DNA from: Longimicrobiales bacterium
GTDB taxonomy: Bacteria > Gemmatimonadota > Gemmatimonadetes > Longimicrobiales > Gaopeijiaceae
Direction of reading: 5' to 3'
Assembly (NCBI GenBank): GCA_965203485.1
Contig: OZ241892.1
Coordinates: forward strand, 3,264,001-3,328,000
Length of the DNA stretch: 64,000 nt
Positions 39,111 through 49,570 of the stretch are shown here, piece by piece. Within the stretch, counting starts at the first letter, position 1. Every line of letters begins with the position of its first letter. Made by a program: the position numbers and the translations under genes. The notes under the pieces are model-generated. The model saw nothing but the letters and a program-made list of their open reading frames with translations. It had not been told where the DNA came from and ran no database searches.

Positions 39111-39553
39111 GCGCACAGGAGGCGGCGAGCGCGGACGCCCGCGCCGCGCCTGCACGCGATTGCTTCGTTTGCGGGCCCGACAACCGGATCGGACTCCATC
39201 TGGACTTCCGCCTCGAGGACGGAACTTGCGTTTCCGAGTTCACGCCGGGCCGTGACCACGTGGGCTACCCGGACGTCGTGCACGGCGGCATGATATACAG
39301 TGCCTTGGACGATGCAATGGCGAACTGGTTGTATCTCCGCGGCGCCCGCGCCTACACGGCCCGATGCGAAATCCGGTACCGGCGGCCCGTCGCCGTCGGC
39401 GACACCCTGCGTCTCGTGGGCCGCCCGACCGACCGCAAGCGCAACTTGGTGACGATGGAAGGAACTGCCACGCGCGAATCGGACGGCGAAGTGGTGGCCG
39501 TGGCGACGGGCACGTTCGTGGTCCTGAACGAGTCGGAGTTCGAGGGAGCGTAG
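39107..39553 (+). CDS. PaaI family thioesterase
   Basis: CFVCGPDNRIGL, VHGGMIYSALDD; TTGA overlap. Confidence 0.9.
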   Translation: MSAQEAASADARAAPARDCFVCGPDNRIGLHLDFRLEDGTCVSEFTPGRDHVGYPDVVHGGMIYSALDDAMANWLYLRGARAYTARCEIRYRRPVAVGDTLRLVGRPTDRKRNLVTMEGTATRESDGEVVAVATGTFVVLNESEFEGA

Positions 39554-39736
39554 TCCCGCGCCAACGGCAGCGCCGCAAGGCCGGCACGTGTGGTTCGCGG
39601 CGAGCGGCATCCGAGGGATGCGCGTCGTGCCCGCCCAAAGAACAGGCGCGGGAATCGCGTCTTCGGCGCGTTGGGCAAGCACCGCGGTCGAGCCTCGGCC
39701 CGCCCCGGCAACAGACGCATGCCGGGCCGGGCCGCC

Positions 39737-40123
39737 CTACCGCGATCGGCTCGTGAGGACGATGGCTCCGTTGGGGAATCCGGTTCCGTACTGCATGGTC
39801 GCGTCAGACGCGCTCATGAAGCGCATCGATTCGACGGTGGACGCGGCGATGGTCGACAGGTAGGACTGGTCGCCCACACGGGTTCCGTCGTGCACGATGA
39901 CCGCGCGGGCGCGGTTGCCCTGCAACCATTGAGGCCGCAAGCGGCGGATCGCGTCGAATACCGACAACGTTGAGACCTCCGCCAGCTCGTCGGCCGTGAT
40001 CCGGTTGGTGCTGCGGCGGGGTCCCGAGGAGCCGCTGCCGCTGGTGGCGCAGGCCGCCAGCGCGGCGGAGATGCCAAAGGCGAGGAGGACGGCGGTGGCG
40101 TGCTGGGGACGGCGTGCGAGCAT
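39737..40123 (-). CDS. Small lipoprotein with TonB-receptor plug-like domain
   Basis: LAAC lipobox, ITADEL...DAIRRLRPQWL...ATMQYGTG..GAIV. Confidence 0.8.
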   Translation of the reverse strand: MLARRPQHATAVLLAFGISAALAACATSGSGSSGPRRSTNRITADELAEVSTLSVFDAIRRLRPQWLQGNRARAVIVHDGTRVGDQSYLSTIAASTVESMRFMSASDATMQYGTGFPNGAIVLTSRSR

Positions 40124-40199
40124 GGAGGGCTCCTTCTTGGGGCGGGGGATCAATCAAGTCGCCCGCTGAACATACCGCCAGCCGGGCGTGCGCGGCCAG

Positions 40200-40882
40200 C
40201 GCCCCGTGAAGAGCCCGGCGGCGACAAGCGGAAGGCCGGGACGGTGGAGGCGCTCGAGGGCTGCGACGCCTTCTTCCTGATCCGGCCGCAGGAGAGCTGG
40301 GGCACGCGGATCGGGCGCCAGCCGGAGGGTCCGGGCCCGGTGATTCAGGACCCTGGCGACGGCGAGCACGCGGTCGTGTGGACCTACGAGGAGGAGGGCA
40401 AGCCGCCGGTGTCGGTGGACTACGGGCTGTACGACTCGGACGAAGCGCTGGAAGCGGCCATCGCGACGGCCGCGGGCTTGCCTATGGTGGCGGCTTGCGA
40501 TGGCCGAGCGGGCGGTTGCACGGGGGGTGGTGGCGGAGGCGGGACCGATTCGGTGCCGAGCACGCACCTAACCCAATTTGTACTGAAGGTTCACGGCGAC
40601 GGCGTTGGCGCCGCCGAAGTCGAAATCACCGTCGGCTACTGGTTGCAGGGTACTCACATACGCGGAACGCGCCGTGAGACGGGGGTAACGAAAAATGTAC
40701 CCCGCGACGTAAACAGGGTGATCGTAGCTGGTGTTCCACGTCCCGGCGGCGTACTCTTCTATGCGAGGGCAAGCGAAACCGATTTTTGGCGGGACGACAA
40801 CCTCGGTTTTCAGCGTTTCGGCTACTCCGAGGGCGGGACTGTTCTGAATCTCGACAAGATCGACATCTCGCTCAGCTGGTAG
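40200..40882 (+). pseudogene. 5'-truncated hypothetical protein
   Basis: Coding-like frame with no convincing start/SD; Gly linker then lower-GC C-terminal domain; stop adjoins SD of TBDR. Confidence 0.45.
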
Positions 40883-40893
40883 GAGGCGGAGCA

Positions 40894-43191
40894 ATGTTCC
40901 GTGCCGTGCGGATCCCGTTGGTCGTTGCCGCGGCGTTCGGCCTGTGGCCGGCCACCGGCGCGGAAGCGCGCGGTGCCCAGGTCCCCGGTTCGGGGGCCTG
41001 GGCGGTTCGCGCGGTCGACGACCGGTCCGGCAATCCGGTGCCGGGCGTGGTGCTCTTCTTTCCGGCCCTGTCGGCGAGCCGGCTCACCAACGACGGCGGG
41101 CTGGCGGAGTTGCCGGCGGCGGGCGATTCGCTCCGCGTCGTCGCGACCCGAATCGGGTACGCCGAGCTGGACACGCTGTTGAGCTTGTCGGGGCGGGGCG
41201 CGGTCGTCGAGTTCCGGCTGGCGCGCGCGCCGGTCTCGCTGCAGCCGCTGACGGTCGAGGCGGACCGCCGCCTCACGTCGCGCGAGCTTCACCGCCTGCT
41301 GTTCGACCGCGAGGTCTCGATCGGCGCGTTCAGCATGACGCAGGCCGAGATCGAGGCGGTGCCGCCGATCGGGGAGCCGGACGTGTTCCGCAGCCTGCAG
41401 GCGTTCGCCGGCGTGTCGAGCCTCAACGACTACAGCGGCCAGCTGTTCGTGAGGGGCGGAGCCGGCGACCAGACGCGGGTGTTGCTCGACGGCGCGCCCG
41501 TGTTCGCGCCCTATCACATGTTCGGGCTGTTCGGCGTGTTCAACTCGGGCGCGATCGAGGCGACCGAGTTCTACCGGGGCTCGATTCCCGCGCGCTACGG
41601 CGGAGCGCTGTCGGGCGTCGTGTCGGCGCGCAGCAGGACCGGCAACGCGCGGGGGACCAGCGCGAGCGGCGGCGTCAGCTTTCTGGGCGCGCGCGTCGCG
41701 GCGAGCGGCGCGGCGCCGTGGGGAGGCGTCCGGTGGATGGCGGCGGGGCGCAAGGCGTCGGTCGACGTCGCGCGGGTCTCGATCCCGTATTCGTTCGAGG
41801 ACCTGAACCTGGGACTCGAGGCGCATCCGGCGGAGCGGCACCGGCTGCGCGTCTCGCTGATGGCGTCGGGCGACGAGTTCGCTTGGCGGTTCGGGGACGA
41901 CGCCAAGAGTTCTCTGCGCTCGGCGTGGGAGAACCTGGCGTCGTCGCTGTCGTGGTCGTGGGTTCGCGACGACCGGCTGGCCAGCGGCGTGACGGCGTAC
42001 TACAGCCGGTACAGGGGCGACATCGGGGTCGACGACACCGGCGGCTCCGGGCCGGCCACGGAGAATCGCGTCGCGGTGGCGGGACTGCGTGCCAACGTGA
42101 CGCTGCGGGGCGAGACGGCCGGCTTGAGGGCGGGCGTCGCGTTCGAGGCGGGCCCGGTGGGCCTTCGCGGCTTCCGTCCGGGCGCGTACATGGAAGGCGA
42201 CGCTTCGCGGTCCTACCTGCACCTGTCGGCGTTCGCCGAGGCGGAGCGCTCGCTGGGCCCGGTGCGGCTGGCGCCGGGCGTGCGCGTGGGCGCGGAGCGG
42301 CGGGCGTCGCGGCGGTTCGTCGAGCCGCGCTTCTCGGTCCGCTGGCGCGCGGACGCGTTCGCGCTCAGCCTCAGCCTCGACCGCACGTACCAGTTCATGT
42401 CGCAGCTCGCGGACGCTCGCTTCGATCCGCCGGGCGCGCCCATGTGGTTCGTGCATCCGGGCGAGCATCCGGCGTCCCTGGCCGACGGCCTGAGCGTCTC
42501 GGCCGACGCTTGGCGCGGCGACGCCTGGACGGCGGCGGCGGCCGCGTGGACCCGGCGCTTCCGCAACAAGCCGTACTGGCGGCCCGGCCAGCCGAGAGAC
42601 CTGGCGGCGCTCGAGTTCCACGACGGGACCGGACACGGCATCGAAGTCACGGTGCGCAGGCACTCGGGCCGGGTTCGGGGTTGGCTGTCGTACCAGTGGG
42701 CGCGCGTCGCGTTCCAGGACGGCGACGGCGCCGAGTACTTCCCCGCTTGGGACCGCCGGCACGAACTCGACGGCACCGTCACGACCCGCGTCGCGGGCCA
42801 ACTCGACGTGTCCGTCAGGGCAACCGTGGGAACAGGCGCGCCGTTCTGGTTCCCGGCCGGCACCTACAACCTGATCCGGTACGACCCGACCCATTGGGCC
42901 TCAGGCCCGCCCTTCACGGAGCTCTCCGCAAGCCAGGCGGGCGCGGTGACGCTGTGGTCGTCCGTCCAGGGCCGTGTTCCGCTGTACGCTCGCTACGACG
43001 TCTCCTTGCGGTATGCGTTGCGCTGGGGCTCCTGGGAAGTGATCCCCTACGCGTCGGTCGTCAACGTCGCCAACAGGTCCAACGTGCTCTCCTACACGCA
43101 CTTCAGCAGGGAGCAGTCGGGAGGGCATCAGTTGACCTCGCAGACTCAGCTTCCGTTGTTTCCCTTCTTGGGAATCGACTTCCGGTTCTGA
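40894..43191 (+). CDS. TonB-dependent receptor
   Basis: AGGAGG SD, signal peptide, GEPDVFRSLQ...VRGG plug, PARYGGALS, terminal Phe. Confidence 0.92.
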   Translation: MFRAVRIPLVVAAAFGLWPATGAEARGAQVPGSGAWAVRAVDDRSGNPVPGVVLFFPALSASRLTNDGGLAELPAAGDSLRVVATRIGYAELDTLLSLSGRGAVVEFRLARAPVSLQPLTVEADRRLTSRELHRLLFDREVSIGAFSMTQAEIEAVPPIGEPDVFRSLQAFAGVSSLNDYSGQLFVRGGAGDQTRVLLDGAPVFAPYHMFGLFGVFNSGAIEATEFYRGSIPARYGGALSGVVSARSRTGNARGTSASGGVSFLGARVAASGAAPWGGVRWMAAGRKASVDVARVSIPYSFEDLNLGLEAHPAERHRLRVSLMASGDEFAWRFGDDAKSSLRSAWENLASSLSWSWVRDDRLASGVTAYYSRYRGDIGVDDTGGSGPATENRVAVAGLRANVTLRGETAGLRAGVAFEAGPVGLRGFRPGAYMEGDASRSYLHLSAFAEAERSLGPVRLAPGVRVGAERRASRRFVEPRFSVRWRADAFALSLSLDRTYQFMSQLADARFDPPGAPMWFVHPGEHPASLADGLSVSADAWRGDAWTAAAAAWTRRFRNKPYWRPGQPRDLAALEFHDGTGHGIEVTVRRHSGRVRGWLSYQWARVAFQDGDGAEYFPAWDRRHELDGTVTTRVAGQLDVSVRATVGTGAPFWFPAGTYNLIRYDPTHWASGPPFTELSASQAGAVTLWSSVQGRVPLYARYDVSLRYALRWGSWEVIPYASVVNVANRSNVLSYTHFSREQSGGHQLTSQTQLPLFPFLGIDFRF

Positions 43192-43205
43192 TCAAGGACT
43201 GATCC

Positions 43206-44093
43206 ATGTGCCATGGAATCCTGCTGGCCGCCGCGGTTGCGGTCGTGGCAACCGCATGCGACGAAATCGTCGATCCGACGTTGCCCGGCGAGCGTTTCAG
43301 CGAACGCCTCTTCCTTTACGCGGCGCTCAACCCCGACGAGGTCCACCAGTGGACAGTAGTGGCGCCGGCGGACGCCCGGTATCAACCGGTGGTCAACGTG
43401 GCCATCTACCAGAGGACGAGCGGCCAAGCAGGCTCGGGCTGGACTCTGGTCGCGCGCGACAGCTCGGCCGGGCCCAAGGCCCACGACCACGACCCGGGTT
43501 GCGTCCACGTCTACAGCGGCGCCCATTGCTTGGCGCCGCACGCCAGTCTCGAACCGGGCGCGATCTACATGGTCGAAGCCACGGCGGAGGGCTATGCCGC
43601 CGCGCGGGGCGTGACGCGCATTCCCGGCGACTTCGAGGTCGGGCGCGCCGTACTTTCCCGCCGCGACGGTGCGCATGTCATAAGCGCGGAGTGGACGGAC
43701 AGCGAGCACGCCCACCGCTACCTTCTCGGCGTGAGGCGATATGCGAGCATATGCGGCAACTGCAGTCGGGCGTGGAACGTGGACATGGACAGCACAAGCT
43801 ACACGGGTCCGTTGCCGCAAGTGGCCGTGGACAGCTTGGGACCGGCGCCCACGGTCGTCGTCATGGCCGCCGACGAACACTTCCATGCCTTCGTCACCTC
43901 CGGACTGGGCGACCAGTTGCTGAGCGTGCCGCCCGCGATGAACGTGGAAGGCGGCTTCGGCGTCGTCGGGTCCGCCCGCTACCGCATCCGGTCCATTGCC
44001 ATGCCGGACCAGTCGGCCGACAGGGAGCGCCAACGCCGGACGTCGGCTGGGCGGCCGCCTTCGAGGCCGCTGGGCGCAGGCGCTCCGGAATGA
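43206..44093 (+). CDS. DUF4249-like lipoprotein
   Basis: ATAC lipobox, NVEGGFGVVGS C-terminal motif, follows TBDR. Confidence 0.75.
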   Translation: MCHGILLAAAVAVVATACDEIVDPTLPGERFSERLFLYAALNPDEVHQWTVVAPADARYQPVVNVAIYQRTSGQAGSGWTLVARDSSAGPKAHDHDPGCVHVYSGAHCLAPHASLEPGAIYMVEATAEGYAAARGVTRIPGDFEVGRAVLSRRDGAHVISAEWTDSEHAHRYLLGVRRYASICGNCSRAWNVDMDSTSYTGPLPQVAVDSLGPAPTVVVMAADEHFHAFVTSGLGDQLLSVPPAMNVEGGFGVVGSARYRIRSIAMPDQSADRERQRRTSAGRPPSRPLGAGAPE

Positions 44094-44764
44094 TGGGGGC
44101 GCCGCCGCGTGGTCGGCGACGGTTGCGCCGGGTTGGGCGGCGTTCCGTTCGGCGCGCGTTCCTGCTGGCGGCGGCGGTTGCCGCGGCGACGCAACCGCTC
44201 GCGGCGCAGGTGTCGTTCAGCGCCGTCGCGGGCCTGAACCGAGCGGCCTTCAGCGGCCCCGGGTCGGCGGGGGCGTCGTCCCGCAACGGATTGATGATCG
44301 GCGGCGCGGCCGAGGTGCCGGTCACCGCCGTGTTCTCGGTCAGGCCCGAACTCCAGCTGTCGACCAAGGGCGCGCGCGTGCTGGGCTGGCTCGGGACGCG
44401 CGGGTACGGCAACTTCTCGCTCGCCTACGTGCAGGCGCCGTTGCTTGGACAGATTCGCGCGCCCGTCGGCGCAATGGTCCGTCCGCTTCTCTACGGTGGG
44501 GCGTCGGTCGGCCTGCTGGTCGCCTGCTCGCTGGCGGCGCGCGACTGCGCCGACCTCGACGAGTTCGACGGCAGAACCGCCGACGTCTCGATCGTCTGGG
44601 GCGCCGAGGTCGAGTTCTTGCGCGTTGCCGTTGGAGTGCGCTACGAGGCGGGACTCGCCTCCGTCAACGCGCGGGCCCGGAACGCGGTGAACAACGGCGT
44701 CTGGTCGGTCACGGCCCGCTACGCCGTCGCGCGGCGCCCCGCGAGGGAGTCGGCGCCGCGGTAG
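44090..44764 (+). CDS. Outer-membrane beta-barrel (porin/PorT-like) protein
   Basis: Signal peptide LAAQ, VRPELQLSTKG, YVQAP, VRYEAG. Confidence 0.8.
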   Translation: MMGAPPRGRRRLRRVGRRSVRRAFLLAAAVAAATQPLAAQVSFSAVAGLNRAAFSGPGSAGASSRNGLMIGGAAEVPVTAVFSVRPELQLSTKGARVLGWLGTRGYGNFSLAYVQAPLLGQIRAPVGAMVRPLLYGGASVGLLVACSLAARDCADLDEFDGRTADVSIVWGAEVEFLRVAVGVRYEAGLASVNARARNAVNNGVWSVTARYAVARRPARESAPR

Positions 44765-44870
44765 CGTCGCGGAATCAGCGCCGTGCATGCGCCCGTGCGG
44801 CGTGTTGCAGTCGCCGCAGCGGTTGCGCCGCACCGGTCCGACGGTCGCCTCAGGGGCTCCGCCAGAGGCG

Positions 44871-45689
44871 TCAGGTCGCCCGGAGGTCGTCGGCGGGCAG
44901 GGCGAAGAACTCGGCCGCGAAGCCGTTGGCGGGTTGGGCCGCGACATCGGCGGGAGGTCCCGTCTGGCGGACCCTGCCGTCCTCCAGGACGCAGACGGCG
45001 GCCGCGCCCAGAGCATGGACATCGCGCGCGTCGTGGGTCGCCACGATGGCGGGCTTGGCGCGGCGTCGCAGCCGGTCCGCAAGGAAGCCCCGCATGTCGC
45101 GCCGCGCGGCGGGGTCGAGGGCGGCGAGCGGTTCGTCCAGGAGGAGCATGTCGGGTTCCGTCACCAGGGCGCGGGCGAGCGCGACGCGCTGCTGTTCCCC
45201 GCCGGACAGCGCCTTCGGCATGCGGCGGGCCAGGTGCGCGCACCCCATTTCCTCGAGCACGGCGTCCACGGCCGCGTTCCGTTCGGCGGACGGCCTGCGT
45301 CCCGTCCCCCCGGCGAGGCCGAACGCGACGTTGGCGGCGACCGTCAGATGCGGGAAGAGCCCGTAGCCCTGCGGCACGTACCCCACGCGACGCGCCTCGG
45401 GCGGCAGCCCGACGCCCTTCTCGGAATCGGCCAGGACGCGCCCGTCGACTTCGATTCGTCCCTCGAAGGCGGCGTAGGCGCCCGCGACGGCGCGCAGCAG
45501 CGTCGTCTTGCCCGAACCGTTGGGCCCGACGACCGCGACGGGCGCGCTGCCGCCTTCGAGCTTCGCCTCGAGCACGAACGTTCCGGCTCGGACGCGCACG
45601 TCCGCCCTCCAGGCCACGCTCGGTCGTCCGCTCGGCTCGCTCGGGGTCGCGTTCCCTGCCACGCCGCGCGCGTCCACGCCCCCTGCCAC
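44871..45689 (-). CDS. modC: Molybdate ABC transporter ATPase
   Basis: GPNGSGKTT, LFPHLTV, LSGGEQQR, LLLDEP. Confidence 0.85.
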   Translation of the reverse strand: MAGGVDARGVAGNATPSEPSGRPSVAWRADVRVRAGTFVLEAKLEGGSAPVAVVGPNGSGKTTLLRAVAGAYAAFEGRIEVDGRVLADSEKGVGLPPEARRVGYVPQGYGLFPHLTVAANVAFGLAGGTGRRPSAERNAAVDAVLEEMGCAHLARRMPKALSGGEQQRVALARALVTEPDMLLLDEPLAALDPAARRDMRGFLADRLRRRAKPAIVATHDARDVHALGAAAVCVLEDGRVRQTGPPADVAAQPANGFAAEFFALPADDLRAT

Positions 45690-45708
45690 GCTCGGTCTTC
45701 CCCCGCGG

Positions 45709-46557
45709 CTAGGCTCGCCAGGCCGCGCCGAAGCGCCGCGCCAGCGCAGCGGGCGCGCTCCGGAGCAGCAGCAGCAGCAGCGCGCCGGCGCCGGCGAGGG
45801 CGAGCGCGAGGGCGACCGCGACCTTGGTGTCGGTCTCCAGGGCGGTGTAGATCGCGAGCGGCAGAGTTCGCGTGGAACCGGCGAGGTTGCCCGCGAACAG
45901 GAGCGTCGCGCCGAATTCGCCCAGCGCGCGCGCCCAGGACAGAGCGGCGCCGGCGGCGAGACCCGGCAGGGCCAGCGGCGCCGTCACCCGCAGGAACGCG
46001 CCGCCCGGCGACTGGCCGAGCGTCCGCGCGACGACGAGGAGGTCGGGATCCGCGCGGCGAAACGCCGCCGCGGCGCCCTGCACGTAGAACGGCGCCGAAA
46101 CGACGACCTGCGCGAGAACGACCGCGGTGGTCGTGAACGGCAGCTGCACGTTCAAGGGCGCAAGCAGGGGACTGAACAGGCCGTTGCGCCCGAAGGCTTC
46201 GAGGAGCGCAAGCCCCACGACCGCCGGCGGCACCACCACGGGAAGGTCCACGACGATCTCGGCGGTGCGCACCGCCCTCCCGTCGCGGGTCGCCATCCAC
46301 CAGGCCAGCGGCGTTCCCGCCGCCACGATCACGGCCATGCTGGCAACCGTCGTCTGCGCGCTCAGGCGCAAGGCCGGCCAGAACAGCGGATCGCGCGCGC
46401 CCAGAGCGAAGTCGCCCGGCGAGGACGCGCTGACGAGCGCAACCAGCGGGACGGCCAGGAGAGCGAGCATCGGCACGGCGGCCAGCCCCGCGCCCCGTCC
46501 GGCCAGGATGGCCGCAGGCGCCCCGCGCCGTCCCCGTCCGGCGCGCCCCAGGGTCAC
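45709..46557 (-). CDS. modB: Molybdate ABC transporter permease
   Basis: [33 protein letters not shown] overlap with modA. Confidence 0.9.
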   Translation of the reverse strand: MTLGRAGRGRRGAPAAILAGRGAGLAAVPMLALLAVPLVALVSASSPGDFALGARDPLFWPALRLSAQTTVASMAVIVAAGTPLAWWMATRDGRAVRTAEIVVDLPVVVPPAVVGLALLEAFGRNGLFSPLLAPLNVQLPFTTTAVVLAQVVVSAPFYVQGAAAAFRRADPDLLVVARTLGQSPGGAFLRVTAPLALPGLAAGAALSWARALGEFGATLLFAGNLAGSTRTLPLAIYTALETDTKVAVALALALAGAGALLLLLLRSAPAALARRFGAAWRA

Positions 46558-47435
46558 GGCGGCCAAGCGTCTTCGCCGTCCTCGGCCGGCGGATGCCGCG
46601 GCGCCGGCAGCAGGAAGCCGTGGCGGGCCAGGGAGCTCCGGGCCGCGGCCGAGGCGAGGAACTCCAGCCACGCCCGGGCGGCGTCGCGGTTGGCCGTTCC
46701 AGCCACGACGGCGGCCACGTACTCGGCCTTCACGCCCACCTCGGGCGGCACGGGCACGTGGAGCACGCGGCCGGACACGGCGTCGGACCGGTACACGATG
46801 GCGGCGTCGGCCTCGTCCATCTCGACCTTGGCCCGCACGAGGCGCACGCTGCTCTCTTCGGACACGAGGCGCTCCAGGACGTCGTCGGCGAAGGCCGGGT
46901 CAACCGACCTTGCTGCCCGGGCCAGGATTTCCCTGGCGTAGGCGCCTGCCGGGACGCCCTCCGACCCCAACACGAGACGCTCGGCGCGGGGAAGGTCGCG
47001 GAACGACTCGATTCCGGCGGGATTGGCGATGGGCACGATCACCGCGAGCTCGTTGTAGGCGAAGGTCCGCTCCTCGTCCACCAAGCCGGCCGCCGCCAGC
47101 AGGGCCGCTTGGCGCGGGTCGGCCGAGGCGAAGACGTCGGCCCGGGCGCCGTGCTCGATTTGGAGGCGCAGGGTCTGGCTTCCCGCGAAGGAGAGGGTCG
47201 CGTCCGCGCCGGGATGGGCCGCCTCGAACAGGCCCTCGAGGTGGCGAAACGCTTCCGTGAGCGAGGATGCCGCGAAGACGGAAAGGCGGACGGGGCGGGA
47301 CGAGCCGGCGTGCTCCGGCGCGCACGCCCCGGACAGAGCCAGGGCGGCGGCCAAGGCGGGGAAGAAGACGGCTCCGGGGGCCCGTCCCGGCCTACACGAC
47401 GTGCGGCTGCACCGCGCGGGCAAGCGACGTCTCAA
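46554..47435 (-). CDS. modA: Molybdate-binding protein
   Basis: FAASSL, FAGSQTL, ADVFASA, VPAGAYA, IVYRSD; start uncertain. Confidence 0.92.
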   Translation of the reverse strand: MRRRLPARCSRTSCRPGRAPGAVFFPALAAALALSGACAPEHAGSSRPVRLSVFAASSLTEAFRHLEGLFEAAHPGADATLSFAGSQTLRLQIEHGARADVFASADPRQAALLAAAGLVDEERTFAYNELAVIVPIANPAGIESFRDLPRAERLVLGSEGVPAGAYAREILARAARSVDPAFADDVLERLVSEESSVRLVRAKVEMDEADAAIVYRSDAVSGRVLHVPVPPEVGVKAEYVAAVVAGTANRDAARAWLEFLASAAARSSLARHGFLLPAPRHPPAEDGEDAWPP

Positions 47436-48054
47436 TGTCCCAGATCGCCTTCGAGACGGCCCGTCCGATCAAGTCCATCTTCCTCACCTGCTCCACGCGC
47501 GGCGCCACGTGGGCAAGCTCGCGCGCCGACAGCAGTTCGCCCAGGATGCCGCACGCGTCGGCCATGCAGATGATCACGACGTCGCGCGGACCGGGCACCT
47601 CGTCGCTGAAGAGGACCTCCATGATCCGCAGCTTCACCTCGCGTTCGGCCTGCCCGTCCACGAGCGGATAGCGCCGCGTGCGGAAGACCCAGAGGAAGCG
47701 GTCTTCGGTGCGCTCCAGGATCCCGCGCTCCACCAGCCGCTCGATAGCCGCCTCGCGAATCTCCTCGGCTCGTCCGGCGGCCCGCTCTACCCAGTGCCGG
47801 GCGTCGCGCGCCTCCGTCTGGGCGGCCGTCTGGGCGGCGATCTCGGCGAGCAGCGGGTCGAGCAGCTTGTCGCCCACCGGCGTCGGGTCGACCAGGATCA
47901 GCTGCTCGAGATCGGTGTCGATCCTGTCCTCCAGCGCCAAGTCCATCAGCACGCCGCCGCCCAGCGCGTAGCGCAGGGACCATTCGGGCACCCGGCGGAA
48001 CCTTCCCCCTTCGTCGTCGAGAAGGAGGAGCATGATCTCTTCGGCGAATCTCAT
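47392..48054 (-). CDS. GPP34/GOLPH3 family protein
   Basis: EEIMLLLLDDEGG, LMDLALEDRI, LVERGIL, F.TRRYP. Confidence 0.85.
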   Translation of the reverse strand: MRFAEEIMLLLLDDEGGRFRRVPEWSLRYALGGGVLMDLALEDRIDTDLEQLILVDPTPVGDKLLDPLLAEIAAQTAAQTEARDARHWVERAAGRAEEIREAAIERLVERGILERTEDRFLWVFRTRRYPLVDGQAEREVKLRIMEVLFSDEVPGPRDVVIICMADACGILGELLSARELAHVAPRVEQVRKMDLIGRAVSKAIWDIETSLARAVQPHVV

Positions 48055-48187
48055 CGCTGGCGGGGTTTGCGGCGCGTGGGGCGGCGTCTTGCCGGCGCTT
48101 CGTTTGGCGGCTTGTTGCGGCAGGATGCGGGCGGGGACGGCCTGGGCGTTGCGGGGAACTGGATGGAGCGGCTGCGAGCGGAGCGGG

Positions 48188-48241
48188 CCGGCGGTCGCGG
48201 TCCCGGCGGTCGCGGTCCCGGCGGTCGCGGTCCCGGCGGTC
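48188..48241. repeat. Tandem repeat, 15-bp unit CCGGCGGTCGCGGTC x3.6
   Basis: Direct reading; intergenic between STAS and GPP34 genes. Confidence 0.9.
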
Positions 48242-48581
48242 AGCCCATGCTCTTCAGGGCGCCCTCGCGGTCGTCGTGGACCGCCAGGAAGCTCAGGAAG
48301 CCGCTGACCTCGAGGACTTCGCGGACGTGCGGGTGAAGGCTGCAGACGGCGAGGCCCGCGTCGCCTCCGGCCAAGTCGCGGTGGAACTCCATCAGGGCGC
48401 GCAACCCGGCCGAGCTGATGTAGTCCACGTCCGCTAGGTCCACCAACACGGATCCGGTTGCGCTGGCCATGGCTTCCCGGAAGACGCGGGAGCCCGGCGC
48501 GTCGAGGCGGCCGACGACGGCGAACACGGTGACGGACCCGTGCCTGGATTCTTCGACTGTTGTCTGGCGAGGTGGTGGCAT
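48240..48581 (-). CDS. STAS domain anti-sigma factor antagonist
   Basis: GRLDA, VDYISSAGLRAL, VLEVSGF. Confidence 0.92.
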   Translation of the reverse strand: MPPPRQTTVEESRHGSVTVFAVVGRLDAPGSRVFREAMASATGSVLVDLADVDYISSAGLRALMEFHRDLAGGDAGLAVCSLHPHVREVLEVSGFLSFLAVHDDREGALKSMG

Positions 48582-48785
48582 GGCCGAGGGCGGGCTAAGC
48601 GGGACTGCCGGGCGAAGCGGGGCCGGACCGGCGCGGACGAGACTGGACTGGCCGCCGCGGCCGACGAAGCGCGGCGCGTCTCCGGGGACGAACGGAGCCG
48701 ACCCTCGGAAGCCGGGCGCCGCGGCCCCGACGCCATGAACTATAGTGCACGGGGCGAGTTGCCGCAGGCTGCCGCTGGTGGGCGC

Positions 48786-49484
48786 TCACCAGCTGCCGAG
48801 TTCGCCCGCCCGTTCGATGACGCCGCTGAGCCGGTGCGCGGCGTTGCGCCAGTTGCGCCTGACCCGGCGTTGCGCCAAGTCGCCGTCGCCGCCGGCTATG
48901 GCGCCCACGATGTCGCGGTGCTCGTCGACCGACACGTCCAGCTGGTCGAGCAACGCCTCGACGTAGAGCCGCGTGTAGCGTTCCGCTTGCGGCTTGATCG
49001 CGTCGTGCAGCGCCAGCAAGCGCGGGCCGGCGCCTCCCTCGACGTAGCGGCGGTGGAAGTCCGTGTCGAGCCGAAAGATGCGGTCGCGCGAAGGCCGCCG
49101 CCGCCCAGCCTCCCGCGAGAACTCCTCGTTGATGCGGCCGAGGGCGTCCACCAGGCCCGCCCGGCAATCTTGGCGCGAGGCCCGCCACGCCGCGAGCCCC
49201 TCGATTTCGCCGACGATGTAGAACAGTTCGCGCGCGTCCTCCTGGGTCAGCGGGGCCACGGAGGGGCGGCTCTGCCGCGCGGTGTCCGAGTCCACGATGT
49301 ACCCTTCCTGCATCAGTCGCTGCAATGCGGCCCGCACGGGCGTGCGGCTGAGGCCGAGGCGCTCGGCGATCTCCGTCTCGATGAGCCGCGATCCGGGCGC
49401 CAGCCGTCCGTGGACGATCAGCTTGCGCAAGTGCTCGTACGCCTGGACTACTCGGTCGGCGGTCGCGGCGCTGGAGGCTTTCAT
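48786..49484 (-). CDS. GntR (FCD) family transcriptional regulator
   Basis: LAPGSRLIETEIAERLGLSRTPVRAAL; FH and EH in FCD domain. Confidence 0.92.
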   Translation of the reverse strand: MKASSAATADRVVQAYEHLRKLIVHGRLAPGSRLIETEIAERLGLSRTPVRAALQRLMQEGYIVDSDTARQSRPSVAPLTQEDARELFYIVGEIEGLAAWRASRQDCRAGLVDALGRINEEFSREAGRRRPSRDRIFRLDTDFHRRYVEGGAGPRLLALHDAIKPQAERYTRLYVEALLDQLDVSVDEHRDIVGAIAGGDGDLAQRRVRRNWRNAAHRLSGVIERAGELGSW

Positions 49485-49552
49485 GGAGGCTTCTCGCCTT
49501 GGGGGACGGTTGGCCTGCGTTGGTGGGCGCGGCGGGGGAAGCGTGGCAATTT

Positions 49553-49570
49553 GCATACATTGCTGTATGC
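49553..49570. promoter_or_regulatory. Probable GntR operator
   Basis: GCATACA-TTGC-TGTATGC palindrome between divergent gntR and GNAT genes. Confidence 0.7.
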
